64,000 nucleotides of DNA from the human T2T-CHM13v2.0 reference genome, Homo sapiens: NCBI RefSeq assembly GCF_009914755.1, contig NC_060939.1, one strand, 5' to 3'. The notes beneath the pieces were generated by a model that saw only the letters and a list, made by a program, of their open reading frames with translations, made no database searches and was not told the origin of the DNA. Every line of letters starts with the position of its first letter. The stretch's first letter is position 1. Below, in pieces: positions 13,318-36,160 of the stretch. Position numbers and translations under genes: made by a program.

Positions 13318-13510
13318 ATTTATTTAGCAGCTACTATACACTGTATGTACTGGACACTATTTCTTTTATTTATTGTAAATATTCCAAATGAAGTTCTACA
13401 CATCTTCATATTATAGATTAATACACTAAGATTTTGAAATTAAATAACTTGCCTCAATTCAAACAGCTAGTGAGTAGCAGAACCAATATTTGAAATCAAA
13501 ATTATATCCT
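13318..13510 (-). mobile_element. MIR
   Basis: ttaaataacttgcctcaattcaaacagctagtgagtagcagaaccaatatttgaa. Confidence 0.65.
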
Positions 13511-14029
13511 TCCAAAGTATATGGATTTCTTTTACTATCTTACATTGCTCCTGTGGAATATCAGGACCATCAAATTTGATTAAAATCATAAATTGAGTGG
13601 CTATCTTTTTTTTCCTGTCACAGTGCTGAGTAATAAAGATACAGAGATAAAAAAGCAGACCTGTTTTCAAGTAAATCACTGTCTGCTTGGGGAGAAAGTC
13701 AAGTAAAGAGAAAATTAGCAAGTCATAAGACAAATATTTTGATAGAGCAATTCACTGTGCCCAACAGAGGCATTTAGTTGCACCATATGGGAAAAATTAA
13801 CGAAGGTGTCTGAGACTACTAAGCTGTGTTTTGGGTAGTAAACACAAAATAATAAGAAGAATGGCATCTTGGGCAGAAAAAAAGTTTATGTGCAAAGGCA
13901 CAGTGATAGACCCATAATATTTTAAGTATCCATGAAGTCATCTACATGTCTCAGAAAATGCATGAAAGACCAGCAATACCATTTCTCAGTATTAAAGATG
14001 ACTTATTCAGGTGCCAAGTCAAATGAATG

Positions 14030-15190
14030 AGGTAAGGATATTATTTTCAAACAATGGTGTTAGATTCTCAAATAAACAATGTAATTATTGACCTGTAACT
14101 CATTCCAGGCACAAAAGTTAACTTGAGATGTTACAGAGTCTGAAATGGGAAAGCTGGAACCATGAAACTTCTAGAAGAAAATATAGGAAGTACCTTTTTA
14201 ATCTTGGGTCAGACAAAAATAGACAAATAAAAATCACTAATCATAAAAGACAAATAGGATAAGACTTCATCAAAATTAAAAAGATACACTCATTAAAAAG
14301 CACCATTAACAAAATAAACTGGCAAATTACAGACAAGAAGAAAAGTTTTTCAATATATAATATTGGATAAATAAATTATATGCAGAATACATGATGTATT
14401 CCTATAAAGCCATAACAAAAAAAATCCAATTTTAAATGGGCAAAAGACTTAAACACATAATCACCAAAAAAATGCATGAATAGACAAGAAGCTCAAGATA
14501 AGGCACTCAGTTACCAGGTAAATGCAACTTTAAGCCATAATATAAAGCCATTTAATATTTTCCAATTGAGAAAAATAAAAAGACTGATAATACCAAATGG
14601 TTTGGAGGTAATGAAGTAGCTAAACTTCTCACACACTGCTTGTAGAGGCAGGCTTCAAAAACTCTGGCAATTTTAAAAATAAACTAAGCATAGATACAAC
14701 CTATAAGCCAACAATTTGAATCCCAGCTATGTACGCAAGAGAAATAAAAACATCAATGCATGCAAGACTTAGGCAAGAAAGTTTATGGAAGCCTTATTCT
14801 TAACAGCCCCAAACGGAAAACAACTATCAGGAGGTATTTGAATCAACAAATTGCAGCATATTCACACAATGAAATATTCATCAACAACAAAAATGAATGG
14901 CCTACTGATACATATGACAATATAAATAAATCTAAAAAATATCAGACACTAAAGAATACATACATACCATCAGAAGGAATTGCCTTTGTGGGGTCTGGGA
15001 TGACACTGAATGAAAGGGGCATGAAGAATCTCTCTGGGAAGTTAGAATATTTCTATATCTTGTTTTAGGTAGCAGTTACATAGGTATAGGCAATAGTCAA
15101 AACTTACCAAGCTTCAAACTAATACTGTATTTTTGAAAATTTTTGTATTGTATTTTTGTATTGTATTTTGTGTGGTGTTTTTGAAAAAAA
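14030..15190 (+). mobile_element. Ancient L1M (L1ME-like) ORF2 end and 3'UTR
   Basis: aaacttctagaagaaaatatagga, acttcatcaaaattaaaa, aaatgggcaaaagacttaaaca: degenerate ORF2 C-terminal motifs. Confidence 0.8.
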
Positions 15191-16719
15191 GACCTTATTC
15201 TGAAAAAGGTCTTCAGAAGCCACAGTAAGAACCCTCCTAAAATATCTCCACTCAGTTACAGTGAACAATTCAGGAGAACGAAGAGGAAGGCCAATTTTAA
15301 TTTCTTCATGCTGGAAGAGCATCATTACGACAAGTTTTCAAGTTGGAGTGTAAAATATGTTCTATCCCTTACTCAATTTTTTAGTCCATTGGATAGTGAA
15401 GCCATGCATTTTCCTCTCCTGAAATAACTGTTGGAAGTCAGAGATCAAAATTCTCTAATGTGAAAAATGCAGATGAGGATTTAGAAGGCTTGGACATTCA
15501 AGTTCCAAGTCAGCAATGGTACAGGTGACTTTGGGCAAGTCCATGAACCATCTGGAGCTCAGTTTTCCACTGTAGGTCATATGTGTGTGAGGCAGGTGAG
15601 GGGAGGGGGAGTTGTACCACCTAGTGATGGACAAAGATTTGTGATGGCAATATAATGAGAGAGGGAAGTTCAAAGAGGAGAGTTTGAGCTTTCAAATGCC
15701 CTGAGAGACAGAAAGTATTTTCTTTTAATTCTAAGATATATTAAGGCACTACCTAGCTAAACAGCATCTTTGGGATGCTCTGAAATTAGTAACCTGGAAT
15801 TAAACTTCCCAGTGAGGGCTGAATGTATGGGACTGAGATGCTAGAGGCTGAAATATCAGAAGACACCTCCCAGTGGGAAAGTCAAGAAAGATAAATATAT
15901 AAATAAAACCTCTAAATACCAAGAATAACATCGATAGCTGAACATTTAGAGTCAAGCCAACAGAGTTTGAAATACCCATGTGCATATTTAGTATGCATAT
16001 ACTACATATTAGTGATACACATAGGCATGCACACACTTTGTAAATATGAACTCTATAGTCCTATGTTAAAAGTGTTTGAAAATTGGAGTCAGAATAGGAC
16101 CAATTTAGTATACTAGATATTCATGGCTGTGTTTGACAGAATAGGTCACACATGTAGGAAAAGCTTCTTTAAAATAACGTGAAGGAATAATATTTTAAAG
16201 TACTAATTAGTGTGATTTAAATTTCACACCTATTAATAGTATTTTCCTGGGTCTTCAACATAATTACTAGTATATATCTATTAAAAGATGGATTTCAATA
16301 CTATCCCTTTGTATAACTTGTTTTAAGAACCTTTAAGTAAGTCTAAACAGCATTTTACTTTGAGAATATTCTTCACTGGAAAACTGAATGTGTTATTTTG
16401 GATGTATCATTAGTTTCCTCAACCAAAATTTTTTACCATTCTTTATTATGTATTGAGGGAAGTTTTTAAAGGCTATTACAAAACCGACTCACATTCCATC
16501 GGGTGTCACAAGTTTATGAAGATATTATCACCACACCAGGAAGTATTCATGATTTGTTTCAGAACATTGAATAAGGTACCATGTTCAAATACTGCTAAAG
16601 AAAGTGTAATACAAACGTTTATGTGCATGATGCTTAACAAAGACCTGAAAAACAAAGACCTGAAAATTATAGGCATGTAATTAGAATTTCTCAATAATTT
16701 GTCAGATGATAGGGCGGGA

Positions 16720-16850
16720 ATTATTGCACTCATTTGACTGATAAGGAAACTGAGGCTCAGAGGTTTGGTAACTTAACCAATGAAACCCATGTACTAATAG
16801 GCATGATACAAACTTGACCTTGGTCTTCTGATTTAGATAAGGACTTTTCA
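16720..16850 (-). mobile_element. MIR
   Basis: ctgataaggaaactgaggctcagaggtttggtaactt core. Confidence 0.75.
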
Positions 16851-17674
16851 CAGCCCCAATGGCCTTTCTGACTTGCACTTTAATTTTAGAATTGTATATA
16901 CTTTTTGCTATAAAAGCCACAGAGCTTATCTTCCACATGAAAAGTAACAATGACTCATGTCCTTGATTTCAAGCTGCTAACCTTTAGCAGGATAGGAAAA
17001 GGGACTTCAGAATTTAAGACAAAGAGACCTGGAGGGGAAAGTAGACTCAATACAAATAAGCCTAGTTATCCCTAGCTCATACTCTTTTAAAATAGATCAG
17101 CCAAAGGGAATTCTGGGGGAAAAAAGGAGAAACCATCACTCAAAGGAGATAATAATCTTAATTGAAACCAGAAAGCCTTCAGACCTCCTTGTGTATAAAT
17201 GTATGTGCTGTAATAGTGAACATTTAAAATCCCTACTGGATTTTTAACATTCTGGACGTGTTTAATCTTTTTTTTCTTCTTTTTTCCTAATTGGAGGTGG
17301 ATAGGGAGGAGGAAGTTCAGGAAAATCAGAATCCCTGAACCATTCTCTGCTTCCTGAAAGTTCTTTCTATGGTGCTCCACTGGGCTGTCTGGAATCCAGG
17401 ATCTTGGGGGAATAACAATGATGTGGCACTCTAAAGGAAAAAAAGAAAATAAAGAAATAAGAACTTGGTATTCTTAAGGAAACATGCTGTAGTGACAGGT
17501 ATCCATGGGTTCCCTTGGAGAGCGGAAATGAAGTTGGTTAAAATTCTGCATCTGAACACACTAAAGATAGAGACAGTCACATGAGAATGTGGAGCAGAGA
17601 TTTTTCTGCTATAATTCAGCTCACAACATCTTTTGAATAAACAATGAAAATATACAAATATAATAGAGACATCC

Positions 17675-17974
17675 TATGATATTGTCATAGAAGAAATACA
17701 TATTCTGTTTCTGTCCTTGGTTCCTGGCAGAAAATTCATAAAACCCTTGGAATTTCCCTATAGGGGTGAGAGGGGCATTTTTTGCTATGCATAATAAGCC
17801 CCAATCAACTACACCTGAGTTTATGCTAATGAGGTGACTCTTAGGGGATGGGACTGGTTGCTTGAGGAAACAACCATGTGACAAGAGGGTTGGAACTTTC
17901 AGCCCTAACCCTTGACCTCTGGGAAGGGGAAGACAGGCTGGAGATTAGCTTTAATCACCAATAGCCAATTATTT
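17675..17974 (+). mobile_element. MER21C-like LTR, left part (split by L1)
   Basis: cctgagtttatgctaatgaggtgactc...agagggttggaactttcagccc...; continues seamlessly after the L1. Confidence 0.8.
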
Positions 17975-18207
17975 TTTTCTTTTTTTTTCTTTTTTTATTA
18001 TTATTATACTTTAAGTTTTAGGGTACATGTGCACAATGTGCAAGTTAGTTACATATGTATACATGTGCCATGCTGGTGAGCTGCACCCACTAACACATCA
18101 TCTGGCATTAGGTATATCTCCCAATGCTATCCCTCCCACCTCCCCCCACCCCACAACAGTCCCCAGAGTGTGATGTTCCCCTTCCTGTGTCCATGTGTTC
18201 TCATTGT

Positions 18208-22043
<3,836 letters not shown>

Positions 22044-22099
22044 TTAGCTGGTTATTTTGCTCGTTAGTTCCTGCAGTTTCTTCCTATTCTCGATGGTCT

Positions 22100-23116
22100 T
22101 TACATTTTGGCATGATTTTGCAGCGGCTGGCACCGATTGTTCCTTTCCATGTTTAGCACTTCCTTCAGGAGGTCTTTTAGGGCAGGCCTGGTGGTGACAA
22201 AATCTCTCAGCATTTGCTTGTCTGTAAAGTATTCTATTTCTCCTTCACTTATGAAGCTTAGTTAGGCTGGATATGAAATTCTGGGTTGAAAATTCTTTTC
22301 TTTAAGAATGTTGAATATTGGCCCCCACTCTCTTCTGGCTTGTAGAGTTTCTGCCGAGAGATCCACTGTTAGTCTGATGGGCTTCCCTTTGTGGGTAACC
22401 CGACCTTTCTTTCTGGCTGTCCTTAATATTTTTTCCTTCATTTCAACTTTGGTGAATCTGACAATTATGTGTCTTGGAGTTGCTCTTCTCGAGGAGTATC
22501 TCTGTGGCGTTCTCTGTATTTCCTGAATCTGAATGTTGGCCTGCCTTGCTAGATTGGGGAAGTTCTCCTGGATATTATCCTGCAGAGTGTTTTCCAACTT
22601 GGTTCCATTCTCCCCATCGCTTTCAGGTACACCAATCAGACATAGATTTGGTCTTTTCACATAGTCCCATATTTCTTGGCGGCTTTGCTCGTTTCTTTTT
22701 ATTCTTTTTTCTCTAAACTTCCCTTCTCGCTTCATTTCATTCACTTCATCTTCCATCGCTGATACTCTTTCTTCCAGTTGATCGCATCGGCTCCTGAGGC
22801 TTCTGCATTCTTCACGTAGTTCTCGAGCCTTGGTTTTCAGCTCCATCAGCTCCTTTAAGCACTTCTCTGTATTGGTTATTCTAGTTATACATTCTTCTAA
22901 ATTTTTTTCAAAGTTTTCAACTTCTTTGCCTTTGGTTTGAATGTCCTCCCGTAGCTCAGAGTAATTTGATCGTCTGAAGCCTTCTTCTCTCAGCTCGTCA
23001 AAGTCATTCTCCATCCAGCTTTGCTCCGTTGCTGGTGAGGAACTGTGTTCCTTTGGAGGAGGAGAGGCGCTCTGCTTTTTAGAGTTTCCAGTTTTTCTGC
23101 TCTGTTTTTTCCCCAT
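22100..23116 (-). pseudogene. L1 ORF1 (RNA-binding protein) with premature stop
   Basis: MGKKQSRKTGNSKKQSASPPPKE...; the 1017-nt span matches 338 aa plus stop, but K->TAA at 22262-22264 truncates after ISYPA. Confidence 0.97.
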
Positions 23117-24016
23117 CTTTGTGGTTTTATCTACTTTTGGTCTTTGATGATGGTGACGTACAGATGGGTTTTCGGTGTGGATGTCCATTCTGTTTGTTAG
23201 TTTTCCTTCTAACAGACAGGACCCTCAGCTGCAGGTCTGTTGGAGTACCTGGCCTTGTGAGGTGTCAGTCTGCCCCTGCTGCGGGGGGTGCCTCCCAATT
23301 AGGCTGCTCAGGGGTCAGGGACCCACTTGAGGAGGCAGTCTGCCCGTTCTCAGATCTCCAGCTGCATGGTGGGAGAACCACTGCTCTCTTCAAAGCTGTC
23401 AGACTGGGACATTTAAGTCTGCAGAGGTTACTGCTGTCTTTTCGTCTGTCTGTGCCCTGCCCCCAGAGGTGGAGCCTACAGAGGCAGGCAGGCCTCCTTG
23501 AGCTGTGGTGGGCTTCACCCTGTTCGAGCTTCCTGGCTGCTTTGTTTACCTAAGCAAGCCTGGGCAATGGCAGGCGCCCCTCCCCAGCCTTGCTGCGGCG
23601 TTGCAGTTTGATCTCAGACTGCTGTGCTAGCAATCAGCGAGACTCCGTGGGCGTAGGACCCTCTGAGCCAGGTGCAGGATAAAATCTCCTGGTGTGCTGT
23701 TTTTTAAGCCTGTCGGAAAAGCGCAGTATTTGGGTGGGAGTGACCCGATTTTCCAGGTGCCGTCTGTCACCCCTTTCTTTGACTCGGAAAGGGAACTCCC
23801 TGACCCCTTGCGCTTCCCGAGTGAGGCAATGCCTCGCCCTGCTTTGGCTGGCGCACGGTGCGTGCACCCACTGACCTGCGCCCACTGTCTGGCACTCCCT
23901 AGTGAGATGAACCCGGTACCTCATATGGAAATGCAGAAATCACCTGTCTTCTGCGTCGCTCATGCTGGGAGCTGTAGACCAGAGCTGTTCCTATTCGGCC
24001 ATCTTGGCTCCTCCCC
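23117..24016 (-). promoter_or_regulatory. L1 5'UTR internal sense promoter and antisense promoter
   Basis: CpG-containing 5'UTR; YY1 motif CAAGATGGCCG intact at about 23996-24006; antisense promoter known for this family. Confidence 0.75.
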
Positions 24017-24022
24017 AAAACT

Positions 24023-24560
24023 ATAGCCAATTATTTAATCAGTAATTCTTATGTAATGAAGTCTCCATCAAAACTGTAATGGAAAGGATTCAGAGAGCTT
24101 CTGGGTGGCCAAACACATAGAGGTGCTGGAAGGGCAACATGCTTGGAGAGAGCATGTGGAAGCTCCACGTTGCCCCTGTACCTTGCACTGTGCGTCTTTT
24201 CCATTTGGGAAAGATGTATCCTGAGTTGTATCTTTTTATGATAAACAGGTAAATATAAGTAAATATTTCCCTGAATTATTTGAGCCATTCTATCAAATTA
24301 CTGAACCCAAGGAGTCATGGATATTCCTGACTTATAGCTGGTGGGTCATAAGTACAAGAGGTCCAGACTTTCAACTGGCATCTGAAGTTGGGGGTAAGTC
24401 TTGTGCCACTGAGCTCTTAGCTTGTGGAGTCTATACAAACTATGTGCATTTAATGTCAGAATTGAGTTAAATTGTCCACCAAACATTGGAGAATTGGTTG
24501 GTGTGGGAAAAACCACCAGACATTTGGTGTCAGAAGGGTTCTGTGTGAGTGTAGAGAAAA
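24023..24560 (+). mobile_element. MER21C-like LTR, right part
   Basis: tatgtaatgaagtctccatcaaaa...ctggcatctgaagttgggg...gtcagaattgagttaaattg...catttggtgtcagaag. Confidence 0.8.
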
Positions 24561-24929
24561 ATTTATTTATTTTATATATCATTAAATAGAGCCAATCCAT
24601 GAAGACTCCCATTCTCTTGTGTGCTTGAGCATCTTTTTAAAAAGAAATATCTCCAGGGCAAAACCAAGTTAAGGAAAGTTATTGGTACGACCCTCCAGCC
24701 ACAGGTATAGAAGGCAGGCACAGCTCAGGTGAGAAATATATTGTCTCTGATTGTTTTCTTTAAAATTGTAGTCATCACTCATCGCTCTTAACCACTCTAT
24801 AAGAGAGGGCAGGATGTAGGGTCCTTGGCTCTTAAAAACAAAAACAAACAAACAAACAGGGACTTCTAATTTTAGCTCTGACATATCCCATTTTACAACA
24901 AAAAAAATCTAGGTAAGTTAAACACTAAT

Positions 24930-30860
<5,931 letters not shown>

Positions 30861-31732
30861 AATACAGTCAGTTCAAATGGATTACATTTCTTTCTTATCA
30901 TCGTTGTTATGTAATTATAACAGCTTTATGGAAAAGAAACACCTCTCAACACTGTTCCTCAACTATTGCTTCCTGTGGTCTTTGGATAAATAGGTAGCAT
31001 GTCATTTTAATTCTCTGTCAAACACATCTTATTACATGGTCTTGGTTTGCAGAGAAGAAAATGGCTGTGGGCAACATTTTAAGGTTCTTATAGGGTAGGC
31101 CTGACAGGTATATTTTAGAAAGTGAGTAACAGAAGGAGACTTTTCAGATCCCCAAAGATGGGACTTTTATTTTGAAAACAAGGACAAGGATATGCAAACA
31201 AACAGTCTTCCTCCCAGTGAAACAAAATTATGAAGACAAGAACCTTAACTCAGGTTACCCAACTTTTTATTGTGGAGCTTTTTCCTGTTTTTTTTTTTTT
31301 TTTCTGTTGTTGTTGTTGTTGTTCATTTTTGTCTATACATTATTTGCATTACTTTAAAATGGTATGTACATTACTGTAAAATTGTTCAAAAATGTAGACC
31401 AAGTACCCCGTGACATCATAATATTATACCATCATGCTTCCTGAATGAGACAAGTCAATGTTAGAATTGTTAGATTATCAGTCCAATTCAATATACATTT
31501 ACTGTGTGTTTGCCAAGACATCGGGTGGACAAGGTCAATATGAAAAGTGGAAGATGCATGAGTAAAGGTAGAACAAGATGTGATGTGTGATATGGCCAAA
31601 GCCCATACCATACAGGTAAAGAGGAAAGAGGTGGGGTACCTATACACCTCAAATTGCTCCGTTAGACCCAACATATGCCTATTGACCCTTTATGTCATAA
31701 AATATATACCAATCGCATAATACATTATGCAG

Positions 31733-32030
31733 TTTTTTGTTTCTTTGTTTTTGAGATGGAGTCTCGCTCTGTTGCCCAGGCTGGTGTGCACTGGCGGGAT
31801 CTCGGCTCACTGCATCCTCCGTCTCCTGGGTTCAAGCGATTCTCCTGCCTCAGCCTCCTGAGTAGCTGGGATTACAGGTGCCGACACCATGCTCACCTAA
31901 TTTTTGTGTTTTTAGTAGAGACGGGGTTTCACCATGTTGGTCAGGCTGGTCTCAAACACTTGACCTTGTGATCCGCCAGCCTTGGCCTCCCAAAGGGCTG
32001 GGATTACAGGCATGAGCCACCGCACCTGGC
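31733..32030 (-). mobile_element. AluS (Sg-like)
   Basis: Full antisense dimer; tgaccttgtgatcc; TSD-like tgcagtt on both sides. Confidence 0.95.
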
Positions 32031-32199
32031 TGCAGTTGTTCTTTTAAAGGGTGATGAATGCTGTCCTGGAACTACATGAATCAATGTCTGCTCTGAGCCT
32101 TATTTCAACCCAACTCATGGGACTCCCTGTTAGCCACTGTAGTTCTGAGTCTTCCTAGTCTCCCACTTCTTTCTTCAGATATGCAATGAAGCATTCCTG

Positions 32200-32372
32200 C
32201 TCTGCTTAACTCTATGTTAGCCAAGTGATCTTGCTCATTACATAGACTACATGTTTGTTTCCGTCCATAAAATAGAGAACACTAGTGTCTTCCTTATGAA
32301 GTTTATATGAGAATTAAACTTAAATGTGTCTACCACATAGTAAGAGTTCAATAAATTTAGCTATTATGATTA
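32200..32372 (+). mobile_element. MIR
   Basis: tatgagaattaaac...cacatagtaagagttcaataaatttagctattat 3' end. Confidence 0.65.
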
Positions 32373-32488
32373 TGTGCACCAAGTTTCTTAAATGAATAAA
32401 TTCTGGGTTATATTTTTCCTCCCAATTTTTAACATCTAACTAACTAGTACCATTGCTTTCTGGATTTAACTAAAGCAGAGCAATAGAT

Positions 32489-32555
32489 TTTGAAACGAGA
32501 TATTTGTTCTATTTGAACAGATATTTGTTCTGTTTGAAGAGATATTTGTTCTATT
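32489..32555. repeat. 21-bp tandem repeat, about 3 copies
   Basis: agatatttgttctatttgaac units starting at 32498, 32519 and 32540. Confidence 0.9.
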
Positions 32556-32559
32556 ATTT

Positions 32560-32975
32560 ATTCTCCAGATTTTACTCAGCACCTCCTGTGTGGTAGACAC
32601 TGTTCTGAGATACTGGACACTTTCTCCTCAGCATCAGGAATAAGGATGCCCTCTCTCACTAGCCTATTCAGTATTGTACTGGAAGTTCTAGCTGGTACAA
32701 TATGATTTAAAAAAAATAAAAGGAATGCAATTTGAAAAGAAAAATAATAAAACTCTCTATTTACAGACTATATGATTATCTACATAGAGAATCCCAAATA
32801 ATCAACAAAACAATTCCTGGAACTAATGAGAGAGAGTTGCAGTGTTGCAGGACCCATGGTTAATATACAAATGTCAATTGCTTTTATCAGCAATGAACAA
32901 TCAGAATTTGAAAATTAAAAAAAAAAAAGCCATTTACAATAGCATTCCCAACAAGGACTCTGCCCTCAGGGAGCA
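32560..32975 (-). mobile_element. L2 3' tail interrupted by a duplicated L1 segment
   Basis: tttactcagcacctcctgtgtggtagacactgttct [insert] acaaggactctgccctcagggagc resembles the antisense L2 3' end. Confidence 0.6.
32606..32950 (+). repeat. Dispersed direct duplicate of 29290-29637 (L1MC ORF2 segment)
   Basis: About 90% identity by eye over ~345 bp, including shared non-consensus changes. Confidence 0.93.
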
Positions 32976-34104
32976 TTCTTTAAAATGCAAGAGAGACTCC
33001 AAGCTAATTTGAGTTTGTTCATATTAAAATATGGTGTCCCTTAGTGGAGTATCAGGTCCGTGAGTACACAACTCATTAGAACACGGGTGCCTTTCGGTGA
33101 GATAAATGGAACCTCTTCTTTTCAAGGTGCAGTCCCATGCTAGACACATGGATTCTCCAACATAACTTGCACTGAATGGAAGCCTTTCTAACAATCTCTA
33201 TTGAATAATTCTGTGCCAAACTCAATGGTTTTAGACTACCCAGTGTGGGGCTGGGGGAATGAAGTAAGCAGTTGGATATACCGGTTTGGTTTCAAGGGCA
33301 AGATCAGGACTAGATAAATATACTTAGGAGTTGCTAAAAAAAAATTAAGTCATAGGACCAGATGGATTGAGAGCACAGAATATGCCCAGGAGTACACTCA
33401 CACGTAGAGGATCTACAGAGGGGGAGGAGGAGGAGACAGAGAGGAAGATCTGGGAAACTGCCAGCAACAAAGAAAGCTAGAAACCAGATACTAGGGTTGA
33501 TGGAGAAGGTGTGCAATGATGCTGGAACTATGAACCAGAACCAGGTCAGCCAGTCTTATAGGCACGTTGAGGTATTTGAATGCTATAATGGAGGCAGTAA
33601 AGGATAATTAAAAATGTAAGCTCCTGAAAGTATCTTATATTCCCTTAGGTTATCTCTGAAAAAATATTTTGGGAGTCAATGGTGCTTGAACATGTACACC
33701 CTTGGTAAACTCAGCTTTACAATTACTAAAACGGGTTACACAAAAACATAATAGACAGGAGTCCTCCTTCCTTCTAGAAAACAGAGATTTGGAGGGATAT
33801 AGGCTCAAGGGTTGGAGTTCGTCTTCATTGTGAAGTCCACAAGCACAGATAAATGGCAGAGCCATCCCACGATGGGGAGAAACAGTATGGTAACTATGAG
33901 CTACAGTGCTTGAGAGAAACCTGAGAGTCAAAAACTACATAGATCACAGGATAGAAAAGCTAATAGTAGCAAAAACAGATCAAAACAAGTGAAAAAATCC
34001 AAAGTCAGGAAATGCATTGTATAAAAGGGAGAGCAAGTTGTCAATTAGGAAGTAAAACTTGGGACAAAAACTATGAATAGAAGCCATGCCATAAATAGCT
34101 ATCG

Positions 34105-34290
34105 AATGTTGACCAAGTTGCTTCACCTCTCTATCCATTAGTTTTCTCCTCTGTAAAATGTGAAGAATGACTACACCTTACTCATAAGGCTTCTGTGAGG
34201 TGTACATGGAATCATGCACATAAAGTACCTAAGAAGATGGTCTGGCACTCAGCAGGTGCACAGAACATGCTAGCTCTTATTATATTTTAT
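34105..34290 (+). mobile_element. MIR
   Basis: accaagttgcttcacctctct...ctgtaaaatg...tctggcactcagcaggtgcac. Confidence 0.75.
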
Positions 34291-36039
34291 AGTTGTTACT
34301 TCTGTAGACCTGCTGGTGCATGGTATGGAGAGCTAATTAAATCAGAGAGAATGAGGAATGGGAAAGAATAATTTTAGGCTGGCTGAAAGAGGAAGGTTGA
34401 AACCACATTTTAATCCATATGTGTGCATAAACATGCACGTGAGAAACAGAGAAGCACTCCATCACTAAAGCTCCTGGGTTGCTTGTAGATTGCCAGCAGA
34501 ATCATTTCTCCCTTCCCTAAGAGACTTTCCATGCACAGACGAGCAGTTCTTCATTTATAGAATCAGGCATTAAGTTAGAACATTCAGAGAGTAAGACAAA
34601 ATCGTCTTCCCTTCCAAACAAAACTGTGCTAATAAACAGGTGCAGAGAGAGTATACACAATACATTCCTCCAAGCAGTCTTTCATGTGCTCAAACTGTCC
34701 GCCCTTTCTGTATTTGTTTATGGTGTGTTAACTGTAACTTTGCTTGTTTCTCCCCAGATGTTTGGACATCCATTAATTAGCACATCCTCTACAACATATT
34801 TGTGGATGCTTTTCACCAAGTGAAAGGAAAAGCTGGATTCCAGCTGCAAAGAAACTGCAATTAAGAAAACACATACACCACATGCACACACACAAAACAA
34901 GATCTCTCTTTAGGACAGCTTCAGAGCAAGACAGGAAGACGGGAAAACATGTGAATACTGAAGAGCAGTGATCCGATGGGGCTCTGGCCTAGCTTAAACA
35001 TTTGTAAACTCACATCATCAACAAACATGTAGCTAGCCTGTGAGTCCAATGTCAAATTAATGCAGGAAAAAAGAATCTTGCCAGAGTGAAAAAAGAAGGC
35101 CTTTACTCTCTAAAATAAGATGCCTCAAAATTAATTCTTTTTCTGGACCTCTCTTTTACTATTTTATTCCTGGTTAAGGAACCATCCAGGTAACTGGTGA
35201 ATTCAGTGCAAAAAAGGCAATGCTGATTTCTAAATAAACAAATAGACCATTTGGTTAAGAGCGTGTTAAGCTGCATCAGTTTTGTTACTCTGGCACACCT
35301 GTCTGAAAAGTACAGAGTAAAAGGTAAAAGGAGAATTGGTTGCCTTTCTGTAGTGACATGCCCAGTCTCCCACCCCATCTCTCACATCTTTCCTGGAAAG
35401 CTGTTCTGCCATGGTAGTCACGTTTCCTCCTATTAAATATGATGCCATCGATTCCTTTATGAAACAATGGTGCCAATCTCCCTTGGCTTCTGGAAATCAT
35501 ATACAATTTTCATTTGTCACATTCCACTCACCTCCTTGGAGCCTGCATCGTTTTCTTAAATTTTTTAATATCAAGTCTCCCTTCCTCTAGCCCATGGCAC
35601 TGCCCTTTTTAATGGCAAAGATGCAAGAGCATGCAAAAATCCAACGGGAAATCTCTCATCTAGCCCAGGAATATGTCCCTCTGGAAAATTAGTAATCTCT
35701 ATAAAATCTCATTCCCAAATTCCAACAGCTAATTGTGAATTTTGAATTGGTCATTTCACATTTAGCCAAAGTCACAATCTAAGACTGTGATTGACAAACG
35801 TTACTTCAGTTTTCATAGGAATTATTTATCCTCATTTTAACATTTTACCTCTGGTTGTATTTCTTAGAAGGAAGCCAGCCAAATGCCCATTGAATCTTAG
35901 TAAGATCCATTGTGTATTGACGGTTACAAAGAACTATAATAAAACAAACACCAGGAATAGCTATTTTTTGTGACTGTTTGCAAGTGAAACAGGAGCATGG
36001 GGAAATAAGTAATGGTGCTAAGTATATAATCACTTCCAA

Positions 36040-36160
36040 ATCTCTGCAATAGTAGTGCAAATTTGGTATTATTATTTCCATGAAACAATAAGGAAGCTGA
36101 GATTCGGAGAGATTAAGTAACTTCTTCAGAGTCAGAGACCTAGGAATGATATTTGTAGAG
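36040..36160 (-). mobile_element. MIR
   Basis: aaggaagctgagattcggagagattaagtaacttc. Confidence 0.65.

Noticed and set aside
32489-32555. CRISPR-like array
   Set aside because: Units are contiguous with no unique spacers, and the context is eukaryotic
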